DNA of 64,000 nucleotides, from positions 80,476,001 to 80,540,000 of the forward strand of contig OZ024742.1 in NCBI GenBank assembly GCA_964016885.1, given 5' to 3'. The notes under the pieces are model-generated. The model worked only from the letters and a program-made list of their open reading frames with translations. It was not told where the DNA came from and made no database searches. Source of the stretch: Eledone cirrhosa. Taxonomy: Eukaryota. This document shows, piece after piece, positions 38,996-50,675 of the stretch; position 1 is the first letter of the stretch; each line of letters begins with the position of its first letter. The translations under genes were made by a program, and so were the position numbers.

Positions 38996-39030
38996 GTTTA
39001 AAATAGAGTGGAAAAGATGGGAAAGACCAC

Positions 39031-41115
39031 TTACCGTACTTTTGGTAGAGGAGGGATGGTTTTTACATCCCTTTTCACTTGATCGTCTGGTGAAGGGACC
39101 GTTGAATCGTCCCTTCGGCTGGTCGTCGGCTCTTCTAAGAGAATGTCTGAATATACTCTTCGATTAGTGGTTCCTCCTAGGTCCCTGAAATCACCAACTG
39201 CGTTGGGGAATTTCGTTTTAATGTTTGTGTATTGTTTCTGTGCTATTTTTAGCAGTCTTATGTTAGTTGGCGTTTTGATTGGTGCTGGTATTATGTAGTC
39301 CTGTTGTGAAATGTCTGTGTGTTCAATTATGTAAGTCATTAGTTTCTTGTTGTGTGTGTTTATTGCCGTGCATTTGTTTTTCTGGGGGTGGGGTGTGGTT
39401 CTGCTATATTCTTGTCGTTGTTGCTGGGTGTGTGTGTTTTGTTGTTGTGTTTGCGATGTTGGTGCTTGTGGTGGTGGTGTTGAAGGTGTTGTTGGCGGTG
39501 GGGTTGTCGCCGGTGGTGATGGTGGTGCTGGTGTGGGTGGTGATGCTGTTGGTGGTGTTGCTGCTGTGGGTCTCTTTGCAGTAGACTTTACCCTTTTCTC
39601 ATTTCTTTCCTCCCTTTTCAAAGGCGACGATGCGCTGCTTCTGCGTTTGTGCCTTCTTGCGACCTTTTGCCATCCCTCTCCCACCTCACACTCCATGTCT
39701 GATTCTGTAAGGTCGGGGAGGGGTACCAGCTCCACTCTTTCACTTGTTGTTGTTGGTGATGTTTGCATTGGAGTCTCTGTTGCAGCTGCATTTGGTATTG
39801 CTGTTGTTGTTGTTAATATTTCCACTGCTGCTGCTGTCTTTGATTTCCGTGGAGTGGGTATGGGTGCCACGGACCTTTCGTTCCTGGTTGCCGCTTGTCC
39901 TGTTGCTGGTAGCCGTGGAGCCGGATTCGGAAGGAGGGGGGTTTTCTCCTTTCTCAGGGTCTTCTCGTTGCAGAAGGCCCTGAGGTGAGTCTTCGATCCA
40001 CAGCGAAAGCATTTCGGGCGTTTGCCCTCAACACTTATGGGCAGTTGAGTGCCGTTATCGAAGTCTATCACATCCGGGATAGCTTCGATGCACTCCTGGT
40101 TGGTTTGGATTAGCATCTCAATGGAGGAGCCGACCCAATCTTCTCTTACTTTTTTCTGTACTTGCAGTACAGTTGTTTTGTCCTCGATTCCGACGAGGAC
40201 AGACGCGGCCAGCCAAGAAGGGGTCATTCCGGGGGGGACGTGGGTTAGTTTGACCCTCACAATTTTTTGCCCACAGTAGGAGGGCACCAACACCATTTCC
40301 TCGCTCCTTAGGGTCACTACTGATTGGGCCTTTGCCTCCTGGGGTGTGGCAAAAAGTACGTCTACGGTGGCATATTTTTTGCCTCGGGTGATGTGCGTTT
40401 TCCGCTGCCACACAGACCCCAAGGCTTTTTGTATTTGGGCCTCTGTGGCTCTTTCCACCCTACGGGATTTTGTACTTACTGTACGGTACGTGACCGTACA
40501 GTGCTCTTGGGTTTCGAAAAATTTTCCCGCTGCCTTGCAGATTGCTCGGTGTCCGTTCTTTGTAACCATCTTCTTCGCTTCCTCTAATTCCTCATTTGTT
40601 ATGAGGATTGTTTCCAAGTTTTTCGCAATACCTGCAAATGAGATTGGTTTTTCTCTGCTGTTGTTGTTGTCGTCAGAGCTGCTGGTACTTTTGTTGTTGC
40701 TGCAGGTACTACGACTACTGCCTCCGCCGCTGTTGCTGTGGTTGTTGTTGGTGTTGCTGCTGCTAATGCTGTTGTTGTTTATGCTGCTGCGGCTGCTACT
40801 GTTGTTTTCATTGTCACTGTTGCTGTTGTTATTACGGCTGCTACTGCTATTATTCCTGACGTCAGACGAATGAACTGGGTTTTCGTATTTCCCGCACACC
40901 TGTTTCGTCGCTGTCGTCGTCGTCGTGGAGAAACTTTGCACGCTTTGCACGAGACTTTTCTTTTCTTTCGTCACTTGCGAAAGAGAAGGGAGGGAGAGAG
41001 ACACATTTAAAGAAGGGAGGGGGAGAGACAATCTTCTCTCTGCTGTAGTGATGATTGAGGAAGAAGAAGACGGAATGAGTGGGAGTGACGTATGAAATTT
41101 CTTTTTCGTAGCCAT
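39031..41115 (-). CDS. ORF1p: gag-like nucleic-acid-binding protein (694 aa)
   Basis: CX2CX4HX4C knuckle (CFRCGSKTHLRAFC), N/S-rich and P/T-rich low-complexity regions, basic patch; lies upstream of ORF2. Confidence 0.9.
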   Translation of the reverse strand: MATKKKFHTSLPLIPSSSSSIITTAERRLSLPLPSLNVSLSLPSLSQVTKEKKSLVQSVQSFSTTTTTATKQVCGKYENPVHSSDVRNNSSSSRNNNSNSDNENNSSSRSSINNNSISSSNTNNNHSNSGGGSSRSTCSNNKSTSSSDDNNNSREKPISFAGIAKNLETILITNEELEEAKKMVTKNGHRAICKAAGKFFETQEHCTVTYRTVSTKSRRVERATEAQIQKALGSVWQRKTHITRGKKYATVDVLFATPQEAKAQSVVTLRSEEMVLVPSYCGQKIVRVKLTHVPPGMTPSWLAASVLVGIEDKTTVLQVQKKVREDWVGSSIEMLIQTNQECIEAIPDVIDFDNGTQLPISVEGKRPKCFRCGSKTHLRAFCNEKTLRKEKTPLLPNPAPRLPATGQAATRNERSVAPIPTPRKSKTAAAVEILTTTTAIPNAAATETPMQTSPTTTSERVELVPLPDLTESDMECEVGEGWQKVARRHKRRSSASSPLKREERNEKRVKSTAKRPTAATPPTASPPTPAPPSPPATTPPPTTPSTPPPQAPTSQTQQQNTHTQQQRQEYSRTTPHPQKNKCTAINTHNKKLMTYIIEHTDISQQDYIIPAPIKTPTNIRLLKIAQKQYTNIKTKFPNAVGDFRDLGGTTNRRVYSDILLEEPTTSRRDDSTVPSPDDQVKRDVKTIPPLPKVR

Positions 41116-41342
41116 GTTGTTTTTTGTTTAAAATGAATATTGGGTACAAAACCCCAATAACTGGTTATTTAGCCCCGAAGGGCCAAATAACGGACAGAAA
41201 GACCCCTCTCACGAGGAGGAGGGTATCTTTATCAACAATTTGGTTCAAGTTTTAAACAATTTACAATTGTTTTAACGGTTAAAAATTACTATACCTTACA
41301 GAGCCGAGCCTCCGTCAACCATGGCATTCAATAATAATAATA

Positions 41343-43253
41343 ATGATACTGGAAGATTGTCATAATAGACACAAAAATCTATCGATTGCTTGGATAGATT
41401 ATAAAAAAGCATTTGATAGTTTGCCACACAGTTGGATTGAAAAATATTTAGAGATTTTCAAAACATCCCCCGTTGTCAGGAGGCTTTTGTCATTCAGTAT
41501 GAGGACATGGAGAACGACACTCCTTTTGAATAGTGAAACAAAATCACTGGATGCTGGAGAAGTTAACATTAATTGTGGAATTTTTCAGGGTGACTCTTTA
41601 TCACCGCTTTTATTCTGCATCGCACTTATACCATTAAGTAAAATGCTCTATGAAACAAAATATGGATATAGAGTCTATGACAAAACCATTAATCACCTGT
41701 TCTACATGGATGACCTGAAACTATTTGCAAAATATGATGAACAATTGCAAGGGCTATTATCCACTGTGAAGCAGTTCAGTGATGACATTAAAATGGAGTT
41801 TGGATTGGATAAATGCGCCAAAGCAACGTTCACCAGAGGAAAGCTGCTGAAGAGTTCAGACATTAATCTTGATCGGGGGAACGTGATAAGAGAGCTTGAT
41901 CAAGAACAAACTTACAAATATCTAGGTGTTTGTGAAGGAGACGGAATCAAGCACTCGACAATGAGGGAAAGGATAAGGAAGGAATGTTACCGCAGAGTCA
42001 GAGCAATCTTAAGAACGGAATTGAATGCAAGGAATAGGATCGATGCCATAAACACGCTTGCCATACCAGTAGTAACCTACAGTTACAATGTCATCAACTG
42101 GTCAAGCACAGAGATCCGTAGGCTCGATACAAAAATCCGAAAATACTTAACCATGCACAGAATGCATCACCCTAAGGCAGACATAGATAGAATATATCTC
42201 CCTAGGAAAGAAGGAGGACGTGGGTTAATCCAGTTAGTCATTGCGTTGAAAACTGCAACAATTGGATTATCCACATATCTAAGGGAATCACATGATTGGA
42301 TGATCAAACTCGTTTTGAAACACGAAAGCACCAACAGATCATATTCCATTACAAAAGATGCACAAAGATACAGTAATGGACTACACATTTCAGAAGTCCC
42401 ATTTACTGCTGAAATAGAAAACACAGAAAAAGCAAAGCAGGTAAAAGTAACTGCAAAGAAAGAACTGCTACAGAAACTGGCTAAGAAATGGCAAGAAAAG
42501 CCTCTGTATGGAAAATACCCAGAGCGAGCTAACAATCCTGATGTTGACAAAACTTTAACCCATCAGTGGTTGGCATCCTCTGGACTGAAATCGGAGACTG
42601 AAGGACTGATTATATCCGCACAAGATCAGTGTCTGCCAACAAAAAATTACCAAGCCAACATAATAAAAAATGGGTGCAGCCCATTATGCCGTGTATGCAA
42701 AAAACAACCAGAGACCATTGACCATATAATTTCAATGTGCAGTCCTATAGCTCCAACCGAATACCTAAACAGGCATGACAGAGCTGCACAATACATACAT
42801 TGGATAATGTGTAAGCCTTTTGACCTGCCCCATCAAAAGAATTGGTGGGAGCATCAACCACCTCCCATACTTGAAAAAGATCACATCTCAATTTTGTGGA
42901 ACTTTAGCATCCAAACAGACCGAAAAATAGATGCAAATAGACCTGATATAATATTGAAGGACTTTCAAAGGAGGGTATGCCTGCTAATTGATATGTCTGT
43001 TCCAATAGACAAGAATGTATCTATAAAAACATTTGAAAAATTGAGCAAGTATAAGGACCTGGAGATAGAAATTGGAAAAATGTGGAAATTGAGAACTAAA
43101 ACAATACCAGTGGTTGTAGGCGCTCTGGGAATGATACCTAAGGGGTCTAACGACTACTTATCGCAAGTCCCAGGAAACCCGCGTATACGAGAAATACAAA
43201 AGATAGTACTAATGGGAACTGCCCATATACTAAGGAAGATCCTGTCAATATAA
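41343..43253 (+). CDS. Open but 5'-truncated RT + CCHC + restriction-like endonuclease ORF (636 aa)
   Basis: WIDYKKAFDS, GIFQGDSLSP, YMDD, CRVC..ETIDHIISMC, RHD, NRPDII..IDMSVP..EKLSKY. The ATG is created at the microsatellite junction. Confidence 0.9.
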   Translation: MILEDCHNRHKNLSIAWIDYKKAFDSLPHSWIEKYLEIFKTSPVVRRLLSFSMRTWRTTLLLNSETKSLDAGEVNINCGIFQGDSLSPLLFCIALIPLSKMLYETKYGYRVYDKTINHLFYMDDLKLFAKYDEQLQGLLSTVKQFSDDIKMEFGLDKCAKATFTRGKLLKSSDINLDRGNVIRELDQEQTYKYLGVCEGDGIKHSTMRERIRKECYRRVRAILRTELNARNRIDAINTLAIPVVTYSYNVINWSSTEIRRLDTKIRKYLTMHRMHHPKADIDRIYLPRKEGGRGLIQLVIALKTATIGLSTYLRESHDWMIKLVLKHESTNRSYSITKDAQRYSNGLHISEVPFTAEIENTEKAKQVKVTAKKELLQKLAKKWQEKPLYGKYPERANNPDVDKTLTHQWLASSGLKSETEGLIISAQDQCLPTKNYQANIIKNGCSPLCRVCKKQPETIDHIISMCSPIAPTEYLNRHDRAAQYIHWIMCKPFDLPHQKNWWEHQPPPILEKDHISILWNFSIQTDRKIDANRPDIILKDFQRRVCLLIDMSVPIDKNVSIKTFEKLSKYKDLEIEIGKMWKLRTKTIPVVVGALGMIPKGSNDYLSQVPGNPRIREIQKIVLMGTAHILRKILSI

Positions 43254-43394
43254 GTACATCACAAGTCTAAACACTAAGGATGCATGTGTGAATATGTATG
43301 TTCTTTCTTGAACATGGCGGACCTTGTTGTCTCTTGAGGTCACTGGTTGTGACTTGGTGATAACTAGTATAAACATAAAGCAAGATAAATGCAA
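41343..43394 (+). mobile_element. 5'-truncated R4/Dong-like retrotransposon (family 1)
   Basis: Starts right after (AAT)5 and ends in (AAT)6; ~140-nt 3' UTR. Confidence 0.92.
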
Positions 43395-43411
43395 ATAATA
43401 ATAATAATAAT

Positions 43412-46400
43412 GCTTTCTTTATTAACCACAAGGGTTTACATAAAGTAGACATTAAGGACAGTACAGTACAATACAAGACAGTACAAATGGGCATTTCTGC
43501 GTGTAAAAAAAAAACAGTGGATGTAATAAAAAAATAACAATGAAAAATTTCGCAAAAGGGGGGAGATTTCCGAAGGACATTTGTGGAGAAAACCCATTAA
43601 AAGGCCACAGTGATCCTGACCACCAGGGCAAGTGCCCTCTCACAGTTTTCCACCTTTAATTTACAGACACATACTCAGAGTAGGCCCATTCACTCGGGCC
43701 ATTCTTGCCTCTCTCACCCATCTTTCAACGAAATGCTGGAAATAGAGCACTTCCCTCTCTACCCTGATTTTCCTCTTCAAATGAAATTTGAAAAAGTTAA
43801 TCAGGGCATCACCGAAGAGGTAAGAGCTCGTCTTCAGCCCTTTCAAACCATACTATCTCTTTCGCCATGGCCACCAGACAGATAAAAACTGCCTGCCGTT
43901 CCCGGCTAAAGGAAGAGGGCGGGGCAACACTTACGATGGACTCAGCTATTAGCTGGATCCATCCTACACGTGACAACAGGTGTTTAACATAAACCCACAA
44001 GTCCGCAATGCTCGGACACTGGACGAGTGCGTGCAGGACGGTTTCGTAGCCCTGCGCGCATCTAGGACTTGCCCGGCTGACGGTACCTTCACGCCTGTAG
44101 AGTTTATCCCGATCTGGCAAAGATCCTCGGTAGCACAGCCAGGCCAGGGATTCTGGAAGTTGTCCATAGGCCCCGGGTCGAAAGTCCTTCCGAAGAGATT
44201 GGCTAGTTGATTTTCGTCGACGCCTAGTGTTTCTCCAGGTACGTCGTCGCTCATCCCCTCCACTAATCCTCTATAGAACGCCAAGGTGGAGTTTCCACCG
44301 ATCACATTGCCCGATTGGTCGAGGGCTGTATGCGCCTGAAGACATTCCAGTCTCCAAGCGCTCCCACTCGGTCTACGCTTGACCCAGCACTGCAGCTCCG
44401 TCAAGTAGACGAGCTGGGGAAAGACGTGTCTAGCAAACGGCGACCACACCTGATCCACGTCGAGGAAGAAGTGGAGATGTCGTAGCCTGAGCGCGTGTCT
44501 GCGCATCATCAGCCACGGCATGCCCAGCCCTCCACGTAGCCGGTGTTGACAGCAGATGGACCGCCTGACCATCGGAGCGCGTCCCTTCACAAAAAGCGAA
44601 AGAGCAAACGGTCCAGCGCGGTCAGGCGGGGCATAGGACAAGGTACGACGGTCAGGCGGTAGTAGATGACGGACGCGATGTAAGCGTTAGCCACCTCCGC
44701 TCGACCTTTTAGGGATAGCTTCCTCTCCGTACATTTCTGGGTGAGACTATCCACTCTGCTCGTCACCTCGTCCCAGTTTTTGTCCATCTGGAGGTCCGCA
44801 CCGAACCAGACCCCTAGCAATTTACCCGGGCCGTCCGTCCAGCGACCGACGACGCTGTTGAACGGCATGGTCCTGCCTCTCCAGGTGCCGAGCTGCAGGC
44901 CCACTTACTTTTCCTGGTTGATCATTGCTCCTGTCACCGCTTCGTATTCTCTTAGTGTAGTGCCGATCGCCTCGATGTGTTTGGTGTTCGACACCACTAC
45001 GGTGATATCGTCCGCATATGCTGACACGGATCTTCCGCATCCTCGTTCACGTGGGACCCCCCTCAACGTCTCCAGTTTGTGCAGTAATGTCTCGAGAGTC
45101 AATATGTACAAGAGGGACGAGAGGGGACATCCTTGGCGGACCGAGCGCATGAAGTTGAACGGTTCCGAAAGGTGACCGTTCACTCTCACCACAGAGCAGA
45201 TGTCGCTGTGCATGGCATCGATCCAGCCTCTGAAGACGGGCCCAAAGCCAGCACCCCTATCGAAAGCTTTTGACTGATCTAAATTGATCATGGACCCACC
45301 CGTGCCAGGTTCCCTAGCTACCCTCTCTACCATGTATCGCATGAGGTGGAGGTTGTCGCTGATGGATCTGTCGGGAATGGCGCGTCTCTGCGCCTCTCCC
45401 ACCAAACCACCAACGACAAGCGCCCACCCCTTTGCTAGCACCTTGGCCAAAATCTTGAACTCTGTGTTTAGCAGAGTTATGGGCCTGAAATTCTCTATGT
45501 TATCCCCCTTGTTCGGATCCTTTCTCAGCAGCGCCACAGCCCCTCGGCTCTCAGAACTGGGAATTCTCCCGTTCTGTTGCCAGTTGGAGTAGACGTCTGC
45601 CAATAGGCCTCCGAACAAGTCTGGCATCTGTACGTAAAGTTCATAGGGCAGACCATCCAAACCAGGCGATTTACCCCTTGTGCAGCCAATCATTGCCTCC
45701 CGTACTTCAGCTGGTGTTATCGGCTTTTCGCAACACTTCGCCTCAGTGGCCGAGAGCCGCGGCAGTCCGTCGAGGTAGACACTAAATTCATTCCTCGATC
45801 CGGCCCGTCGCTGCCCCCGAACAGCTGTGGGAAGTATCGCTGAAAAGCTTCACACATTTTCCTGGCATCGAGTAGCATGCGCCCGTCGTGGTCTACCAAA
45901 GACCGTATCGTGGCTTTGTTGCCACGACGCGCCTCCGTCACTCGGGCCCATTGAACGGCTTTCGTCCCCTCGTGTCTGAGAGCACGCACCCTAGCTCTGA
46001 CAACGCAGCCTTCATGCTTTTCATTGAAGAATTGGTCAAGGGCCAATTTCGCCGCAATTACGTAGGTCGCGATGCCTTTGCTAAGCGCCTCGTCTAATTT
46101 TCTAACTAATTCTCCCTCTGCTCTATATTTCTCTATTGCTAAAGCCTTACTAAACCTAATGGACTCTATTCTAATTGCTCTTTTCAGAGCAAACCACCAC
46201 TTGTTGTTGACGATGGCCCCCGTCAACGCCCGCTTAACTAGTTCGCTAATCCGGTCTCTGTAGGCCTTGCGCGCTGGTAAGGACGCGTTTAGCTTCCAGT
46301 AGCATGGTCCTCGTCTATGAAGCCTATCTAAGTCAAGCACACAGATCACAAATTTGTGGTCCGTGTAGCTGACTCTCTTGAATTGTGGACAGCCTATGCT

Positions 46401-49223
46401 ATACCTATCTATTTCCCTACAAAATACTCTATCTAGATATGATCTGGATGAACCTATGCGATTTGACCAAGTCCACATTGGCACATTCGGGAAATCCAAT
46501 CGGTACCTGTCAGACAGTTAAAAACTCCTGAGCAGGTTGGTGAGGCTCTTGCACCTTCCTCCCCTATCCGCTGATCCCACACAGTCCCATCGTGCATCTA
46601 AGATCCCGTTCCAGTCGCCACTAACACCAAAGAGCGGGACGTTCCAAGAAGGTCTCCAGACGCCGGAAGAAATCAGGCCGCCCTGCTCCTGTCGGGGCAT
46701 AGACGGCCACTAGACTCAAAGCTTGCCCGTCTCCGCTGGTCACGTCTAGCACCACCACTTACCTTCTGGGGCCAGGAAGATGGCCCGTATGGCGAGATCC
46801 AATCCTCTCCGAAAAAGCACAGCAACTCCTCCCCATCGATCCAGGACCACTGGGAGATGCGTACAAATTGTAGCCGCCGAAGATCGGTGCGAAGGCCCGT
46901 GCTTCGGAGATTCTGGTCTCGCTGATGGCCACTACATCTATGTTTAGTGACCTGAGGTCGTTGAGCAGGTTGCCCTGCTTCCATGACGACCCCAAGCCAC
47001 GCGCATTTATGCTGCCTATTCTGAGTGAAGTCATGTTGAAATGGAGTGGGAAAGATGGGAAAGACCTCTTACCTTACTTCTCGTAGAGGAAGGCTGGTTT
47101 GTCCATCCTTTTCACTGCTTGTGGCCTCCTCCGAAAGGATATCCTTATACATCCTCCTGGAGAGTGTTTGTCGGAAGTCTCCGATGTCTTTGGGGAATTT
47201 TTGTTTTAGTGTCGTGTACGTTTTCTGTGTGATGCGAGTGATTTGTATGTGTGGAGGTGGTTTGAACTTTTGGATTGTTGTATCATCTTTTTCTGTGATG
47301 CTGGTGTTGTGTTGGATGTAGTGTAATAATTGGTTGTTGTTCAAATTTAATGCTGTGTAGTGTGTATCGTTTTGGTTGTTTTGTTTTGTTTGCGTTTGTT
47401 GTGGGTTTGTTTCTGTTTCGCTTTTTGGTGACTTTTGTGGTGTTGGTGATGGTGGTGATGGGGTTAATGATGGTGATGGTGTTGGTGTTTGTGGTGATGG
47501 GGTTGGTGATGCTGGTGTGGATGGTGGCATATCTGTCCTAACTTTTTTGTTTGTTAATTTATTTGTTTCCCTCTGTATTTTGTTTTTTGAGGGGGAGGGA
47601 AGAGAATTTTTTCTTTTTTGGTTTCTTTTTTTCTTTTTTCCTGATACCGTTTCCCACTCCTCGCCGTCACAATCTGTCTCCAGTTGTGATAGGCCGGGGA
47701 GTGGAAAATCCTCCACAGGCGTTGGTTTCGATTGTGGCGTGGTGGATGATGTAGGCGCTGGTGCTAGTTCTGGCGCGTTGGGTGGTGGTGGTGTTGGTTT
47801 TGCTACTGTTGCTGGGGTTGTTGCTGTTACAGTTGCTTCTGTTGTTGCTGCTACAATTGTTGCTGCCATCTCTGCTGCTGGTGGTGTTGATGGTTGAAGC
47901 ACTGAGGTGGGTAGGAGAGGTGGCCTCAACCTTTTATCCTGAGGGCAGAAAGCCCTTAGCTGGGTTCCTTCACCACAAACGACACACCTAGGCCTTCTGC
48001 CCTCGACAATTACGGTGAGGTGGCTGCCGTCAGTGAGGTATATTACCTCTTGGATCTCCTCAATGCTTTTTTGATCCGCTTGGATCAGGAGCACCATCCC
48101 ATATCCGGACCAGTTCTCCTGCCTTTCTTTCGCTATTTCGATTATCTTGGTGTTGGCTTCGATGCCGGCGAGAACGGCAGCTATTAGCCAGGGAATTTCG
48201 GTGGCCGGGAAAAGTGGGTGACCCTGATCTTAGGAGTCTCTGGCCACAATAGCTTGGGACGAGTGTGATGTCGTCACTTCTTAATGGGGCCCTGGGGTGT
48301 TCTTTAGCCTCCTGTGGTGTTTAAAAGAACACGTCCACGGTTCCATATTTCTGCCCACGTCTGATGTGGGTTTTTTTTGCCCACATATGTCCCAAAGCTT
48401 TTTAGATTTGGGACTCGGATGCCCGTTCCACTCGGCGTGATTTTATATTAATCGTTCTATAAGACACGGTGCATAGGCGCCGACGCTCCATTTTTTTGGG
48501 GGGGAGGGGGGGGGGGTGACCCTGTCCCATCTTTCTTTACCATTTTTTTGGCTTCTTCTAATTCCTCCTGAGTTACCTGAAATGCTTCGCATTCTTTTGC
48601 TACTCTGGCAAAACTCAGGGTGGTTGTCTTAATGTAATTGTTGTTGTTGTTGTGATCGTTATTTTTGTTATAATTAATTTTAGTTTCAGTTGTGGTGGTG
48701 GTGGCGTCAATGGTGGTCGGTGTGGAAGAGTTCATTTTGGTTGAATTCATTTCTATATCACGAGTTAACTTATTTTTTTACTTTTGTTTCAGTTGTCGCG
48801 GTGGTGGTGAGGGTGGTGGTTGTCGTGGTGGTGGTGGCTTTAACACCTGCAGTCATTGATAATGGCGGGAAATGAATGTCTGCCTGAGACAAATTTAAAA
48901 TATTGCTATTGCTTATATTTTTAGTGTTTGCAAACGTAGTAATATTTACAATGTTGGTGTCGGTGTGAGGTGTTAGTTTGTGAGAAAGGAGTGATTCTGA
49001 GTCAGCCATCATTTTTCAAAGAAACATTTTTGTTTGATAATTATAAAAGTTTAAATTTTGGGCTCAAGGCCCCAATCTTTTTGGGTGTCCTTTTCAGATA
49101 ACAATGTATGTGCACGTATATACAGTTAACAATAAAAATTTTCCATGAATGGCAATTTTAAACAACTGAAAATAACAAAACTTTGCGGAGCTCACGAAGA
49201 AACGATTTACTACGTAGGTCGCC
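43412..49223 (-). mobile_element. Full-length but frameshifted Tx1-clade LINE
   Basis: ORF2 fragments 43640-47034 are nearly identical to 35576-38995. ORF1 fragments at 47069-49012 are divergent. Flanked by (AAT)n and (ACT)n(AAT)n. Confidence 0.93.
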
Positions 49224-49228
49224 AATAA

Positions 49229-49278
<50 letters not shown>

Positions 49279-49300
49279 ATAATAATAATAATAATAATTA
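49224..49300. repeat. (ACT)n/(AAT)n microsatellite
   Basis: Read directly. Confidence 0.95.
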
Positions 49301-49301
49301 T

Positions 49302-49656
49302 GCTTTCTTTATTAACCCCAAGGGTTTACATAAAGTAGACATTAAGGACAGTACAGGACAATACAGGGCGGTACAAACAAAAGATGTAATAAAAAATAAC
49401 AATAAAAAATTCCCCAATAGGGGGGAGACTTCGGAGGGACATTTGTGGAGAAAGCCCATTAAAAGGCCACAGTGACCCCTGACCACCAGGGCAAGTGCCC
49501 TCTCCCAGTTTTCCACCTTTAATTTACAGACACATACTCAGAGTAGGCCCATTCACTCGGGCCATTGTTGCTTCTCTCACCCATCTTTCAACAAAATGCT
49601 GGTAAGAGAGCACTTCTCTCTCTACCATGATTTTTATTTTCAAATGAAATTTGAAA
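49302..49656 (-). mobile_element. Severely 5'-truncated Tx1 copy (3' end only)
   Basis: Matches 35314-35707. Confidence 0.92.
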
Positions 49657-49665
49657 TATAATAAT

Positions 49666-50669
49666 TGGAAGATGTCTTATCAGTATAGAGTCTGTGTTCA
49701 GATGGAAGAAAACAACCTACACAAATACGTGACTGATAGTAAGTAGCCAATGATCAGAAATGTACTGTAGGAGAGGACAATACACCAGAGGATGTCCAAG
49801 GAGGAAATAACATCAAGGAGAAAGAGCAGCCTTCAGGAAAAATCCCTTCATAGTACCTTCTTTGAGAAAACTGAATTCAGAGATCCACAGACATGGAACT
49901 AGTTGAAAAGAGGAGAACTTAAAAAGGCTACAGAAGGAATGCTAATGGCTGCGCAAGACCAGGCCCTCAAAACGAAGTGGTTGAAACGCCATATTTACAA
50001 GGAGGAGGCTAGCCCACTGTGCAGGATCTGTGGAGAGAGAGAGGAGACTGTGGCTCACATTGTATCCGAGTGTAAACTCCTAGCCCAGACTCACTATAAA
50101 GTCTGGAGACATGATGTGATGGGCAGGGTGATCCACTGGCACCTATGCAAAGTAAACAATTTACCACATTCTGAGAAGTGGTATGAGCATAAGCCAGAGT
50201 TGGTGATAGAAAACGATCAGGTGAGGGTGCTGTGGGATTTTAGAATACAGACGGACAAGAAACTGGAACACAATAGAACTGACCTGGTGGTTGTGGACAA
50301 AGAAAAAAGATCGTGCCTGATTGTGGATGTGGCCTGCCCATTCGACACGAGAGTGCAAGAGAATGAGAGGGAGAAAATTAACCGATACCAGGATTTAAAG
50401 TGGGAGGTAAAAAGGATTTGGAACTGCCATGAAGTCAAAGTGGTCCCGATTGTCATAGGCGCACTAGGTACTATCTCAAAAAGTTTCCAGGGACGGTTAA
50501 AGAAAATTGGCCCCTTCACGCTTTTTGGAACGATTCAAAAGGCATGCTTGCTGGGAACAGCAAGAACCCTCCGATACGTGCTGAATATCTGAGGCTGCAG
50601 GTAGTGTCTTGATATTCATTTCAACAAACTTTCCAGTTAATTAACATCAATGACTGAGACTCAAAGAAC
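49666..50669 (+). mobile_element. 5'-truncated R4/Dong-like retrotransposon (family 2)
   Basis: ORF 49903-50592 has CRIC..H..C, WRHD and HNRTDLVV..DVACP..EKINRY; paralogous to 34375-35250. Confidence 0.9.
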
Positions 50670-50675
50670 AATAAT

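Larger units (their letters stand above)
35314..41329 (-). mobile_element. Full-length, apparently intact L1/Tx1-clade LINE (~6.0 kb)
   Basis: 5' UTR, ORF1, 35-nt spacer, ORF2, and 3' UTR with AATAAA; (ATT)n on both sides. Confidence 0.95.

Noticed and set aside
36591-40873. Plus-strand ORFs overlapping the Tx1 ORFs (e.g. 36591-37100, 39347-39988, 40346-40873)
   Set aside because: Antisense shadows of GC-rich or low-complexity coding sequence, with no recognisable domains.
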